A stretch of 63,502 nt of DNA, filler included, from Octopus bimaculoides (lineage: Eukaryota): NCBI RefSeq assembly GCF_001194135.2. It is 6 parts of 5 records of this genome, joined end to end, with 100 filler letters (N's around TTAATTAATTAA, not from the genome) between each part and the next. Parts side by side here need not be neighbours in the genome. Positions count along the whole stretch, not along the records: positions 7,869 to 23,405 come from NC_069006.1; positions 23,506 to 32,754 come from NC_068983.1; 4 more parts are not named here. One strand, 5' to 3'. This document shows, one piece after another, positions 11,976-25,117 of the stretch. Position numbers and translations under genes: made by a program. Position 1 is the stretch's first letter, and the number at the start of each line of letters is the position of its first letter. Below the pieces are notes generated by a model that worked only from the letters and a program-made list of their open reading frames with translations, did no database searches and was not told the origin of the DNA.

Positions 11976-13458
11976 CCAGTGAACTCGCGAGAAGATGGGT
12001 GACTGTGATAAAAAGAGTTAGAGTGAATGGCCCTACTCTGTATATACGCCTGTATGTTTAGGGCATGAGACAGGGTTCGTACCTTTGGAGGTCAGGGTAA
12101 TCCTGTATCTGTGACGTTCCTTGATTTGCCCCTGTTGGAGTGTCTCCAATATGAGGAGGACTGCTTCACTCATATTACCACACACTTCGTATACTTTTAT
12201 CACATTTCACTGTCTTTTCCATTTCTTCCTCCCATATATTTTATGCCAACCCCCACACAAATTGTTATCTGTCCTTGCGATGTCCCTCTCATCTGTGTCA
12301 AAAAGAAATCATTATTATTACTATTATTAATGNNNNNNNNNNNNNNNNNNNNNNNNNNNNNNNNNNNNNNNNNNNNNNNNNNNNNNNNNNNNNNNNNNNN
12401 NNNNNNNNNNNNNNNNNNNNNNNNNNNNNNNNNNNNNNNNNNNNNNNNNNNNNNNNNNNNNNNNNNNNNNNNNNNNNNNNNNNNNNNNNNNNNNNNNNNN
12501 NNNNNNNNNNNNNNNNNNNNNNNNNNNNNNNNNNNNNNNNNNNNNNNNNNNNNNNNNNNNNNNNNNNNNNNNNNNNNNNNNNNNNNNNNNNNNNNNNNNN
12601 NNNNNNNNNNNNNNNNNNNNNNNNNNNNNNNNNNNNNNNNNNNNNNNNNNNNNNNNNNNNNNNNNNNNNNNNNNNNNNNNNNNNNNNNNNNNNNNNNNNN
12701 NNNNNNNNNNNNNNNNNNNNNNNNNNNNNNNNNNNNNNNNNNNNNNNNNNNNNNNNNNNNNNNNNNNNNNNNNNNNNNNNNNNNNNNNNNNNNNNNNNNN
12801 NNNNNNNNNNNNNGGTCGTTCACATGCTGAAAATAGCAGTGAAATAGCCCTCAAATCATCCACTAACGTCACAGAAAAGAAATTGGGGGCATTGATCGTG
12901 GGTTTCTTGTGCACAGGGAAAAGGCGTGGGGTTTACAGATGGGAAGCTTTTGATCATGGACCTGATCGGCCAGCATTGGCCCGAGGATAAATGACACACT
13001 GGATCGTGCGAAAAGAACAATCGTCAGTTGCTGCTACTCTGGCCACTGCTGCTACTACGTTACATTGTGCCACCCAATGGAACTTAGCCGGAGATGTTTG
13101 CACGGAGCCATCGAGTGTTAAATATATCTCCCAGATGTATGTATACACATTGTAGTAACAGTCACAGGATGCGAACCTGCAACCCCCTTGGCACTGACTG
13201 ATCGACACGGTTATTGAATCAACCGAGTGTGACTCTGGGGAATCATGAAAATGTATTGCCTTAAATAAAGCGCAGCTGAATAGCAAATAGACTTCTGATA
13301 TTATAGTCCCAAGAGGCTCCCATAAAACCTTTTAGATGCAAATATATTTCCTGTGATCGATCTGTTTAAAATTCCTATGGAAATGTTTACGGGCAAACAT
13401 CTGTGTACACGCTCTATTCGTGCATGTGCATGTGATGTGTAGTACAAGTGTGTGCATA

Positions 13459-13502
<44 letters not shown>

Positions 13503-13901
13503 CNNNNNNNNNNATTTGCACAGTTATGAATATATATATACTCTAAGAGATGTGAGCATTTCAATATAAAATTGCAGAAACACGCAGGCACACACACACG
13601 CACGTACACATACCTGTGTGTGTGTGTGTGTGTGCGTGTGCGTGTGTGCGTATCTGTGTGTGTTTATTGTTTCAGCACACATTCACTCGCACGCGCAGAC
13701 ACATGTATGCATGTATGTATGTATGTATGTACGTTTGTGCCTGTGTATATGAGTGTGTGCGTGTGTGTCTATATGTACATATATAAATACGTATATACAT
13801 GTTTGTATGTAAACATATACGTATATATTGTGTGTATACTTATGTATATATATGTTTGGTGTGTGTGTGTGTATGTATATATATATCGAACACACACACA
13901 C

Positions 13902-13958
<57 letters not shown>

Positions 13959-16900
13959 CATACACACACACACACACACATACGTAGAATCGTTTATCTA
14001 GCTATCTATTTACATATGTATTTATACACCGGCCATCCTTATATATATTTTTCCGCTGCCTTCTTTTTGATTCGCAGCTCTCTAATTTTTATCTACACGC
14101 ACGCACACATACACACACACACGCGCACACAGACACACACGCACAAATACATATATAACACGCATATAACCACACACACACACACACACAATTGTTTTTA
14201 GTTTACTTTGATTTGTTTCGCTAATTTTTGTTTTTGTTTTCGTTATTTTATTCTTTTATTTGTTCTGTTTCTTTTTTACTTATCTTTTTTCTCCTTTTTT
14301 TTTTGTTTTGGTTTATATCCATATCCATTCCAAACCAAATCATTTTCATCGACTTCAACCTCCATGTTTGTTATGCTCTCGCATTTGCTCAATATAGTCG
14401 TGTGCTTAAGAACCCACTCCCTGGTCTCATGTTCGATCTTCACTAGACACTACTTTAGGTACCTGTCTTTCTTTCTACCATAACCTCAGCTGCAACTGAA
14501 CAAAATCGTCTCTGTGGTTTACACATGGCAAATGTAAACTTCCTAAAAGTCCTTTCAAAGGTGGTGATGAGTTTGTTTTATTTCATTTATCATCTTCATC
14601 CGGTCAGGCTACTTGCCCGACCAATGCAACTCTTCCATACCAGATTGAGTGATGCAACATGAACGTCTGGTTTGGGTTTTAACCACATAGACCTTCCGCT
14701 TGCCGAATTATCTCATCTCCGCACGCCCCAGCTATAGATGAGCGTTAATTTAATACATCTGTTCGTTGTTTACACACCCGTCTTCGTCTCTTTTTGTTTG
14801 TTTGTTTTTGTAAATTCTCACTACAGATGATACCACCAGTTCACGAACTGAACTGGATGATCATGGTCGTTGACAGTTTCGTGTCTGTTCATTCACTTAG
14901 CATCTAGTGATATTCGCCATTGATTCGTTAAGATTCTTTTCCCGAAATAGATCACATCCACCATGCTGCACCCCCATAATTTCCACGGATCTTGGCTTGG
15001 GTAGTTACACGCTACTTAACTTATAGCTAGGCTCCTCCAAGGAGGTGTCACACTCCTCAGAACTCTAGGACCCCCCGAACCAGGGTTTCACTACNNNNNN
15101 NNNNNNNNNNNNNNNNNNNNNNNNNNNNNNNNNNNNNNNNNNNNNNNNNNNNNNNNNNNNNNNNNNNNNNNNNNNNNNNNNNNNNNNNNNNNNNNNNNNN
15201 NNNNNNNNNNNNNNNNNNNNNNNNNNNNNNNNNNNNNNNNNNNNNNNNNNNNNNNNNNNNNNNNNNNNNNNNNNNNNNNNNNNNNNNNNNNNNNNNNNNN
15301 NNNNNNNNNNNNNNNNNNNNNNNNNNNNNNNNNNNNNNNNNNNNNNNNNNNNNNNNNNNNNNNNNNNNNNNNNNNNNNNNNNNNNNNNNNNNNNNNNNNN
15401 NNNNNNNNNNNNNNNNNNNNNNNNNNNNNNNNNNNNNNNNNNNNNNNNNNNNNNNNNNNNNNNNNNTACCAACTTTTTCCAACCAGTCTTGGAGTTCCAG
15501 AAAAGAGCGATGGCTATGATCCTTCTGGTGTTTCAGCAACGAAAACCAAAAACAAAAAAATTATTAAATTTGCCTCATATTAACTGTTTGGAGCGTTCTT
15601 ACAATTGCGGTCATGTTTGTATGAGTGTACGTGTGCTTTTCTATGTGCGTATGCGTGCATGAACATATGTATGTATGTATGTATGTATGTGTGAGTGTCT
15701 GTGTGTGTATGAGTGTGTGTATAAGTGTGTCTGTGTGCTTATGATGTGTGTATGTATGTATGTATGTACGTGAGTGTATGTATGAGTGTGGGCGTAAGTG
15801 TGTATGAGTGTGTGTGTCTGTGTATAATAAATGTGTGTATGTATGAATGTATGTGTAGTTAAATATGTATGAGTGTAAGTGTATGAGTGGTCGAGTGGTT
15901 AAGATGATCGCTTCGCAAGCACGAAGTTCCAGGTTCGATCTGACTGCGGGACATCTTAGGCAAAAGGTGTCGTTTGCCTTACGGGACACGGCTCGATTGA
16001 GTCTCTTTGAAGAAGACTGTATGAATACCCGTCCGATGGATTGTCCCTGTAACTGAAAGGGCCAATCATGCCATGTGTTGGGTGGGGCAAGGTTGGGCCT
16101 ATGTCACACCTTGTCATCCGCTGATTTTGTCCAAGGTAGACATGTACGTGGTATATGTAGCCATTTAAACACAAAGTCAATGAGCAGGTAATTGATTCGC
16201 TCAAGAAAAAAAAAAAAAAGAAAAAACACAATACTCATCATCGAAACCGACGAAGATCCATTTACACAGTTACATTAATATGTATATATTTCTGACTGAG
16301 TGTTGTGTGAATGTCTATCTTCATGCGTGTGTACGTGTGTTGTGTACGGGTATGTATATGTGTATATGCGTATGTGTGTGCGTGTGTTTGTTCGTGTATG
16401 TATATGTTTGTGTGTGCGTGTGTTTGTTCGTGTATGTATATGTTTGTGTGTGCGTCTGTGTGTGTTTGTGTTTGAGTGTATGTATTTGTCTATGTGCGCA
16501 TATTAGTGTGTGTATGTCTCCAGTTATGTGTGCGTGTGTCTGTGTATAATTGTAATTGTGTGTGTGTCTATACGTGTGTCTATACGCATGTGTGTTAGTA
16601 GTATGTGTATACGCACATGTATGTGCTTGTGTGTGTTTTGTCTGCACGCGCATGTGTGTGTGTGTGTGTGTGTGTGTCTGTGTGTGTGTTTGTATTCGTT
16701 GTTCGATTTTCCCATCTCCTCTCAATCAACATTGATTTAATATTGGCCTTAGTCTTACAATATCGATGTCTCACCACCACCACCACCACCACCACCACAA
16801 TAACGTTGTTGATGGATTGGCACAGTGGTTTAAAACGTTGGATAACATGCATTGCCTTATTCAGTTACCACCCCTTATGTCCTGAGTTCGAATTCCGCCG

Positions 16901-16968
16901 AACCCTACTCTTTCTTTTTCATGCTTCCTGAGTCGATGTAATAACAAGTCGCTAAACACTAAAGTCTA

Positions 16969-17001
<33 letters not shown>

Positions 17002-17237
17002 CTGCACACACGCACACACACATACACACACACACACACACAGAGTTGTCATATTTGAACTAATGTTCTGCATATTTTCTCTTCCGTTTCGTCTCCTTTT
17101 TTCCCCTCTCAACCGCTCTCCACATAACACCTTGCTAGAAACAGTAGCCGAACCTCCCTCAAATCATTCCTTACCATCTTAAACAACACACAGGAAATGA
17201 TGTAGTTTTTCGTACCTCAAAAAAGATAAAATGGTCA

Positions 17238-17550
17238 CTTCTTCTCCTTCTTCTCCTTCTTCTTCTTCTTCTTCTTCTTCTTCTTCTCCTTCTTCTCCTT
17301 CTCCTTCTTCTCCTTCTTCTTCTTCTNNNNNNNNNNCTTCTTCTTCTTCTTCTCCTTCTTCTCCTTCTCCTTCTTCTCCTTCTTCTTCTTCTTCTTCTTC
17401 TTCCTCTCCTTCTTCTTCTCCTCCTTCTTCTTATTCTTCCTCTCCTTCTTCTCCTTCTCCTTCTTCTTCTCCTTCTTCTTCTTCTTCTCCTTCTTCTTCT
17501 CCTTCTTCTTCTTCTCCTTCTTCTTCTTCTCCTTCTTCTTCTTCTTCTTC
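17238..17550. repeat. Compound (TTC/CTC)n trinucleotide array
   Basis: Direct reading; source of the spurious poly-Ser/Pro ORF. Confidence 0.95.
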
Positions 17551-18202
17551 TCTTACTCTACTCCTTCTATTCCCTCCTCTTCTCTTTCGCCTTTTTCTTC
17601 TCCTTCCTCACATCTTCCTCCTCACCTCCTCCTTTTTCTCTTTGTTGTTACTACTACTACTGCTGTTTGTTATTCTTGTACTACTACTAATAATAACAAT
17701 AATACAAACACTACGACCACTACTACTACTACCAACCACTATTTCTACCACCACTAACATCACCGTCAACACCGGCGCCATCTTTATCACCATCATAAAT
17801 GTATAAAATATGCAATAACAACAAGAAGAAATCATGGACAATAACGAGAGAACAACGACGACACCAGTAACATCAGCTACAAGAAACATACAACAGTAAC
17901 AAGAACAAGAACAACCACAACAACAACAACAACAACGAACAAATCATGAAGTAATCAAAGCTATTTCTTAAAGATAATCAAGTGTAACTTAGACAGAAAA
18001 TCGATATGTTTCGTTTGTCGATAATCTTGCCTCGGTTTGAAAACTGTCGGTTTCCATCTTGAATGACTATCATTAACAATCAACATGGCGTCGGTAGAAG
18101 GCTCTACGTGGTCATTCAATCTGCAAGAAAGTGCAGTTTAATACCTTATGCAGATGATAGCATGCTTGTTCAATGTCAACGGCAACAAAACGATGCTCAT
18201 TA

Positions 18203-18245
<43 letters not shown>

Positions 18246-18487
18246 TAAACAGAGAGATTGATAGATAGATTGATAGACATACAGATAAGTGGTTGTGTGT
18301 GTGTGCATATTCATATATAGTTTTATACATACGCACGAATGTATGCACATACACACATATATTTCGTGACAGACAGACATATAGAAAGATAAACTGACAG
18401 ATCGGTAGATGAATACATACATACATGTATGCATACATTCACAGATAGATAGATAGATAGATACGTATGTGTAGTTATACATGAATG

Positions 18488-18522
<35 letters not shown>

Positions 18523-19343
18523 ATGTGTGTATATATATATTATATATATATATGTGTGTGTGTATGTGTGTATATATATTATATATATATATATACATAC
18601 ATATANNNNNNNNNNNNNNNNNNNNNNNNNNNNNNNNNNNNNNNNNNNNNNNNNNNNNNNNNNNNNNNNNNNNNNNNNNNNNNNNNNNNNNNNNNNNNNN
18701 NNNNNNNNNNNNNNNNNNNNNNNNNNNNNNNNNNNNNNNNNNNNNNNNNNNNNNNNNNNNNNNNNNNNNNNNNNNNNNNNNNNNNNNNNNNNNNNNNNNN
18801 NNNNNNNNNNNNNNNNNNNNNNNNNNNNNNNNNNNNNNNNNNNNNNNNNNNNNNNNNNNNNNNNNNNNNNNNNNNNNNNNNNNNNNNNNNNNNNNNNNNN
18901 NNNNNNNNNNNNNNNNNNNNNNNNNNNNNNNNNNNNNNNNNNNNNNNNNNNNNNNNNNNNNNNNNNNNNNNNNNNNNNNNNNNNNNNNNNNNNNNNNNNN
19001 NNNNNNNNNNNNNNNNNNNNNNNNNNNNNNNNNNNNNNNNNNNNNNNNNNNNNNNNNNNNNNNNNNNNNNNNNNNNNNNNNNNNNNNNNNNNNNNNNNNN
19101 NNNNNNNNNNNNNNNNNNNNNNNNNNNNNNNNNNNNNNNNNNTATATATGTATGTGTGTGTATATATACATATATATATATATATACATACATATATTAT
19201 ATATGTATGTGTGTGTATATATACATATATATATATATATACATACATATATTATATATGTATGTGTGTGTATATATACATATATATATATATATATACA
19301 TACATATATTATATATGTATGTATGTATATATGTATGTACGTA

Positions 19344-19388
<45 letters not shown>

Positions 19389-20715
19389 CAAAGAAAGGAA
19401 ACGACGGGATAGTCATGATTTGAGTGTCTTTGATCGTAGGTCTGCTCCATCATGGCCCACTTGGGGCTAAACAACAACAACAACAGCAGCAGCAGCAATT
19501 TGTCATACATGTTTTGTTTCTTTGATGAACGTGTTGCAACAGCAAGTCATTGATATAACACTACCGACATCTTCTTTTGCTTAGAATGACCGGCAGTTGT
19601 TGTTGTTGCTGTTATTGTAGTGGTGGTCGTTGTTGTTGCTGTTATTGTAGTGGTGGTCGTTGTTGTTGCTGTTGCTGTTCTTGTGGATTCAATTACTTCT
19701 CTTGCTATTTGTCGTCGATGCTGTTCAACCTTAAGTCAGCTCCGATCCGGCAGACTATTCATCGCAGACGTTCCAGCCATGCCCATCCCGTCTGTGTGTG
19801 TGTTTTTTATACATAGGAAATTAACGACACAATCCAGCATATAAAGTCGAGATATATAAGGTCGGATTTGTGAGGGAGAATTGACTTATTTCAAGCAGGT
19901 CACCCTATAGTGAAGCCGCTTCGTTATTGGCTCTTTGCTGACAAGCTAAGTCGGCTCCAAGCCTTCCCCCACCACACCGCCACCATCTGCGTGGAAATAT
20001 GACTTAAAATAATAACACGACTGTCCCACGCCCTTCACCCCCCTTTCCCCATCCCCTTCGCCCCACCCCTCACCTCNNNNNNNNNNNNNNNNNNNNNNNN
20101 NNNNNNNNNNNNNNNNNNNNNNNNNNNNNNNNNNNNNNNNNNNNNNNNNNNNNNNNNNNNNNNNNNNNNNNNNNNNNNNNNNNNNNNNNNNNNNNNNNNN
20201 NNNNNNNNNNNNNNNNNNNNNNNNNNNNNNNNNNNNNNNNNNNNNNNNNNNNNNNNNNNNNNNNNNNNNNNNNNNNNNNNNNNNNNNNNNNNNNNNNNNN
20301 NNNNNNNNNNNNNNNNNNNNNNNNNNNNNNNNNNNNNNNNNNNNNNNNNNNNNNNNNNNNNNNNNNNNNNNNNNNNNNNNNNNNNNNNNNNNNNNNNNNN
20401 NNNNNNNNNNNNNNNNNNNNNNNNNNNNNNNNNNNNNNNNNNNNNNNNNNNNNNNNNNNNNNNNNNNNNNNNNNNNNNNNNNNNNNNNNNNNNNNNNNNN
20501 NNNNNNNNNNNNNNNNNNNNNNNNNNNNNNNNNNNNNNNNNNNNNNNNNNNNNNNNNNNNNNNNNNNNNNNNNNNNNNNNNNNNNNNNNNNNNNNNNNNN
20601 NNNNNNNNNNNNNNNNNNNNNNNNNNNNNNNNNNNNNNNNNNNNNNNNNNNNNNNNNNNNNNNNNNNNNGACAAACATATACACGCACATACATATATAC
20701 ATACATATACATATA

Positions 20716-20882
20716 TACGATGGGCTTCTGTTCAGTTTCCGTCTACCAAATCCACTGACAAGGCTTTGGTCGGCCCGAGATTATAGTAGAAGACACTTGC
20801 CCAAGGTGCCAGGCAGTGGGACCGAACCCAGAACCATGTGGTTGGTAAGCAAGCTACTTACCACACAGCCTCTCCTGCGCCT
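20716..20882 (-). mobile_element. SINE family A head
   Basis: Reverse complement reads GCGCAGGAGAGGCTGTGTGGTAAGTAGCTTGCTTACCAACCACATGGTTCTGGGTTCGGTCCC...AGAAGCCCATCG. Confidence 0.85.
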
Positions 20883-20914
20883 ATAATAAAAGCAATTTTA
20901 TATTAACCGAAAGG

Positions 20915-21120
20915 GTTACGTACGCGTTACTTTCCTACAAATTAATCTTGTGATTTCTTGCCATTCGTTTTCCGTGATGTCAGCCTTCTTCAACGATATT
21001 TTTACGCGCACCGTGAACCTGAGCTCAGCTGCATAAGTTGCATGCTTCCCGTTCCTCAACTCATAGTCCTGCAGTCCTCCGATCTCACTAAATGACTCGC
21101 CCATCGAACTCGGCGCCGCA
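20915..21120 (-). mobile_element. RTE/BovB-like LINE C-terminal fragment
   Basis: YELRNGKH...ELRFTVRVKISLKKADITENEWQEI resembles the YGEL..G.R...LRFKD..K..LK ending of RTE ORF2. Confidence 0.45.
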
Positions 21121-21464
21121 AAATGATTGATTCAATACATACATACATACATACATATATGCATACATGCATGCATGCATTGATACATGCATGCATTCAT
21201 ACATATATACATACTTAAATACATATATACATACTTAAATACATACATACATAATTAAATACATACATACATAAATACATACATGCATATATACATACTT
21301 AAATACAGAGATGCATGCATGCATACATACATACATACATACATACTTAAATACATACATACATACTCTCACACTCGCGTGCTTCAGTTACTATAAACAA
21401 TTCTCCACGGAATGTCCAGCAGATCACAGAGCGCTTGACCAACGAAGAGTATGTAAGTGGAAAG

Positions 21465-21790
21465 TGAAGGTGCGTGGCTAAGTGGTTAGGGTATTCGGCT
21501 TACGATTGTGAGACCGTGAGTTCGATTTCCAGTAGCGTGTTGTATCCTTGAGCAAGACACTTTATTTCCCATTACGCCAGTCCACTCAGCTGAAAAAGAA
21601 AATGCGTTGTATTGTTAATTCAAAGAGCCAGCCTTGTAACATCCTGCGTCACGCTGAATCTCCCCGAGAACAATGTTGAGAGTACACGTGTCTGTGGAGT
21701 ACTCAGTCACTTGCACGTTTTATTTCACGAACAAGCTCTTCCGTTGGTCGGATCAACTGGGGCCTCTCATCGTCGTAGCCGACGGAATAC
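21465..21790 (+). mobile_element. SINE family C
   Basis: GTGGCTAAGTGGTTAGGGTATTCGGC...GAGTTCGATTTCC...CCTTGAGCAAGACAC...GCTGAATCTCCCCGAGA; homologous to 10297-10605. Confidence 0.8.
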
Positions 21791-22554
21791 CAATCATGTA
21801 ATTGGAAACCTGCATGGAGATAGGTTTCCAGTTTTTACCATACGTCACACTCGAGGCCTTCTTCAGATCGTCTTCGGAAGACAGACTAACTACTGTCTCC
21901 TGATTTTGAGCATCAGAGGTATGTCAACGTTGTCTTTGTCAGATGTTGAATTCTTCTAACAACGAGACGGATTTGTTTGTGACGCACCTCGACCGTAAGT
22001 TGTTTTTCTGACTGAGCTTTGTTTATGTCTAAAAATGTCTTTATTTTACGTGATATTTGTAAAGGTGTGTGAAGAAAGCTACGTGTTGTCGTTGTTGTTG
22101 TTGTTTGAGTGAATAGTCAAAATCGCTCTCATTTGTGTTAGAAACATCAGATACATCATTAAATTTTTTTCTTCCTGAATCTTAATACTTTCTTTCAGAC
22201 AATTATTGTTCATGCTTTTGTTCTTATTTTTTTCTCTTTTTCTTTGCAAATGTTTGTTGTACATGGGTGGGGTGCGTGTCTGGCCGACATTTTATCATGA
22301 ATGTCAGCTAGTAAAGAATAAATCTTCAAAATGTCTTCTTTTTTTTTGTCTAAATACAGTATGAAAAAAAAAATCAACTGAGAAGAAACTTCTCACCTCT
22401 CTCTGAATTAATTCCATCGAATGGGTTATAGAAAAAAAAAGTCACCCAGTTTCGAAGATAAAATTTCAAACCGTAATGCAGAACGACAGCCTTGAGATAA
22501 GCGTCTTGTCAAGGCAAAATCCGATAACAATGATAATCCTATCTATTAAATAAG

Positions 22555-22700
22555 CACAAGGATTGAAATTTGGAGAGAGCGAGCTAGACGATTACATTGA
22601 CCCCATAGCTCAGTTGGTTCTTATTTGTTCGATCGCAGAAGGCTGAAAAGCAAAGTCGACCTCGACGGAATTTGAACTCAGAACATAAAGAGTCGGAAAA
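22555..22700 (-). mobile_element. SINE family B fragment
   Basis: Reverse complement contains TTCTGAGTTCAAATTCCGTCGAGGTCGACTTTGCTTTTCAGCCTTC. Confidence 0.75.
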
Positions 22701-22727
22701 TAATATAATAATAATAATAATAATAAT

Positions 22728-22890
22728 ACCAAGAGCACTCGGGGAGCGCAAACCTCCGCCAAGGCAACACCAAAGTCCTCTCGACGATTAGCCGGAGATG
22801 ATTCTTAAAATGAGAATATCTGAAATAGACTCGACTTCTCTCACAAACGGGAATATTAAAAATAAACCCGACTGCTCTCAAAATATAAGT
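22728..22890 (-). mobile_element. 3' end of a non-autonomous Helentron-like (HINE/DINE-type) element
   Basis: Reverse complement ends CCTTGGCGGAGGTTTGCGCTCCCCGAGTGCTCTTGGT; the CCTTGGCGGAGGT subterminal repeat is the inverse of ACCGCCGCCAAGG at 55347. Confidence 0.55.
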
Positions 22891-23505
22891 AATTGAGTCG
22901 TTCATCTAAACTTCTTCAAGGCCAACCCTCTATATCTTTGTTTGAAATTGTGGATCTCGAAGTAGACACAAATATATACATGACATGTAAACATTCGGTT
23001 GAAAAATATTCTTGGATAGAAAAAGTGGAAAGTTGGCAGCGGGACTCGAACCCGTGCATCCTTGACCAATCAGCCCTCCTAATTTCTCTATTCTTTGTAG
23101 AAACTTTGTTCAAACCCGTATGTTGCTGACGTCATAAGAATTTATTAAATTTCGAGAAGACCTGACAGTCTTTTGGTGGGTAGGATGTGGATAGTGGATC
23201 TCTAATCACACAAAACCTCAAACGTAGCATGTAGATATGGGGTGGGGGGGGGATCCTTCTGCTTACATATACATACATACATGTATATACATGCATACAT
23301 ACATATAAATATATATATATATATACACACACACATATATATATATACATGTATATATATATATATATTTATATGTATACAAATGGATATGTGTGTGTGT
23401 GTATANNNNNNNNNNNNNNNNNNNNNNNNNNNNNNNNNNNNNNNNNNNNTTAATTAATTAANNNNNNNNNNNNNNNNNNNNNNNNNNNNNNNNNNNNNNN
23501 NNNNN

Positions 23506-23741
23506 CTATCATAGTAGGTGCCTACGGTATAATAAAAAAAAATATTCAGACAAATACATAACAAAAACACCAGGACTTACAAATATATATAACATATAGA
23601 AAACTGCACACATTCTACGCAAAACACTTTCAACACAGTAAACATAAGAGCACCACAGCAAACCACAGCACATACCCAAGGCGCACAGAGCTGCGCTCGG
23701 TAGTGAAGTGAAAGCACGTTATAAAAATAAAACTACTGAAC

Positions 23742-23745
<4 letters not shown>
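23506..23745 (+). mobile_element. R4/Dong-like (RLE) LINE 3' end followed by (AAT)n
   Basis: IIVGAYGIIKKYSDKYITKTPGLTNIYNI...AHILRKTLSTQ* plus 3' UTR; reverse complement of 32500-32754; AAT array at about 23745-23808. Confidence 0.85.
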
Positions 23746-23808
<63 letters not shown>

Positions 23809-23809
23809 T

Positions 23810-24810
23810 GTGCTTTTTGGGGATTTCTTCGACCGCAACATGAAGCCTCCTCCTTCCTCTCGTGATGATAGAGTTGGGGATATTTTCTATCTGCTCCTCT
23901 TCATCTTGGCAGAGCAGAGGGGCATCATCACTGCCTCTATCCAATTTTGTTTCCTCAACTTGTATGCCTGGAAGATATTCTCTAGTTCATTCAGGAAGGC
24001 TGCTGCTATATATTCTATATCGATTTCCACGTCGACCACCTTAATCCATACTGCTCTTCTCCCAAGGTTCGTTGGGACGAGGAGCAGTTCCTCACTGCGA
24101 AGAGAGGTGACTGAATGTTTCCTCGCCTTTTCTTCGCTTTGGATCCTCATTTCTACGGTCCCAAAACGCCTCCACCTGCTAACGTAAGTCTTATTATCCC
24201 AAAGAGAGCGAAGAAAATTTTCTATTAGTGCTTCGGTTGCCCTCTGTACTTTATGTGTTTTTAGACTCATTACTTTGTGTTATTGTTTTCTTCGGGGTCT
24301 CTTGTTCGATTTCAATGGAAGTGTCTAATGTGATAATTCTCCCCTCCTTCTTCAAGAGACCCTTCGCCTTCTCCAAATAATTCATTACCTAATTTGATAC
24401 TTTCCAAGCGGTTGCACGCTGAAGCGAACCCGCTTCGACCTGCTTCGCTTGCATGCGAAGAAATCTCTATTTTTCCATCATTTTTACTCTCTTATTTCTT
24501 TTCTTCTTTCTTCTCTTCTTCCTTTGTTTTCTTCTTGAGGGCGGGTAAGTCTTCGTTGAACTGGCTGTCCAACTTCCCGTCCTCACTCCCTCGCTCTGTC
24601 GCCATTACTTTTGGTATAATTTTCGAAGAAATTGGTGATTTAACCCTCAGCTCTAAAGAGGGACTTTTTTTTAACAAAAGCTAGCTCCCTAGGAGGGCAG
24701 ATAAATTACAACACGAATTGAACAATAGAAACAAGAGTTCAACAACTTGTGACAACAAAAATCAAACAATTTGGGGAACTCAAAACGTATAACTTACAGA
24801 GAGGGCAACC
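23810..24810 (-). pseudogene. Probable LINE ORF1 (gag-like) relic with 5' UTR
   Basis: ATG at 24605; charged low-complexity N-terminus; RRM-like GTVEMRIQSEEKA...LLLVPTNLGRRAVWIKV; degenerate IITRGRR..CCG..H knuckle, truncated at the AAT array. Confidence 0.45.
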
Positions 24811-24829
24811 CCAGTAATAACAATAATAC

Positions 24830-25035
24830 TAACCCTTTCTACTATAGGCACAAGGCCTGAAATTTGGGGGAAGGGGCCAGTGGATTAGATCAACCCCAGT
24901 ACGCAACTGGTGCTTAATTTATAGACCCCGAAAGAATGAAAGGCAAAGTGGACCTCGGAGGAATTTGAACTCAGAAAGTAGCAGCAGACGAAATACCGCT
25001 AAGTATTTCACCCGGCGTACTTACGATTCTACCAC
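24830..25035 (-). mobile_element. SINE family B (a second partial copy at 25145-25285)
   Basis: Reverse complement AAAGCGGTGAGGTGGTAGAATCGTAAGTACGCCGGGTGAAATACTTAGCGG...GAGTTCAAATTCCTCCGAGGTCCACTTTGCCTTTCATTCTTTCGGGGTC. Confidence 0.85.
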
Positions 25036-25047
25036 CTCACCGCTTTA

Positions 25048-25117
<70 letters not shown>

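Noticed and set aside
21840-21930. CTGATGC...GAGA and CTGAAGAAGGCC motifs on the minus strand
   Set aside because: Too degenerate to fold as a hammerhead
23030-23075. B-box GGTTCGAGTCC with a partial T-arm on the minus strand
   Set aside because: No D-arm, anticodon arm or acceptor stem; at most a tRNA/SINE fragment
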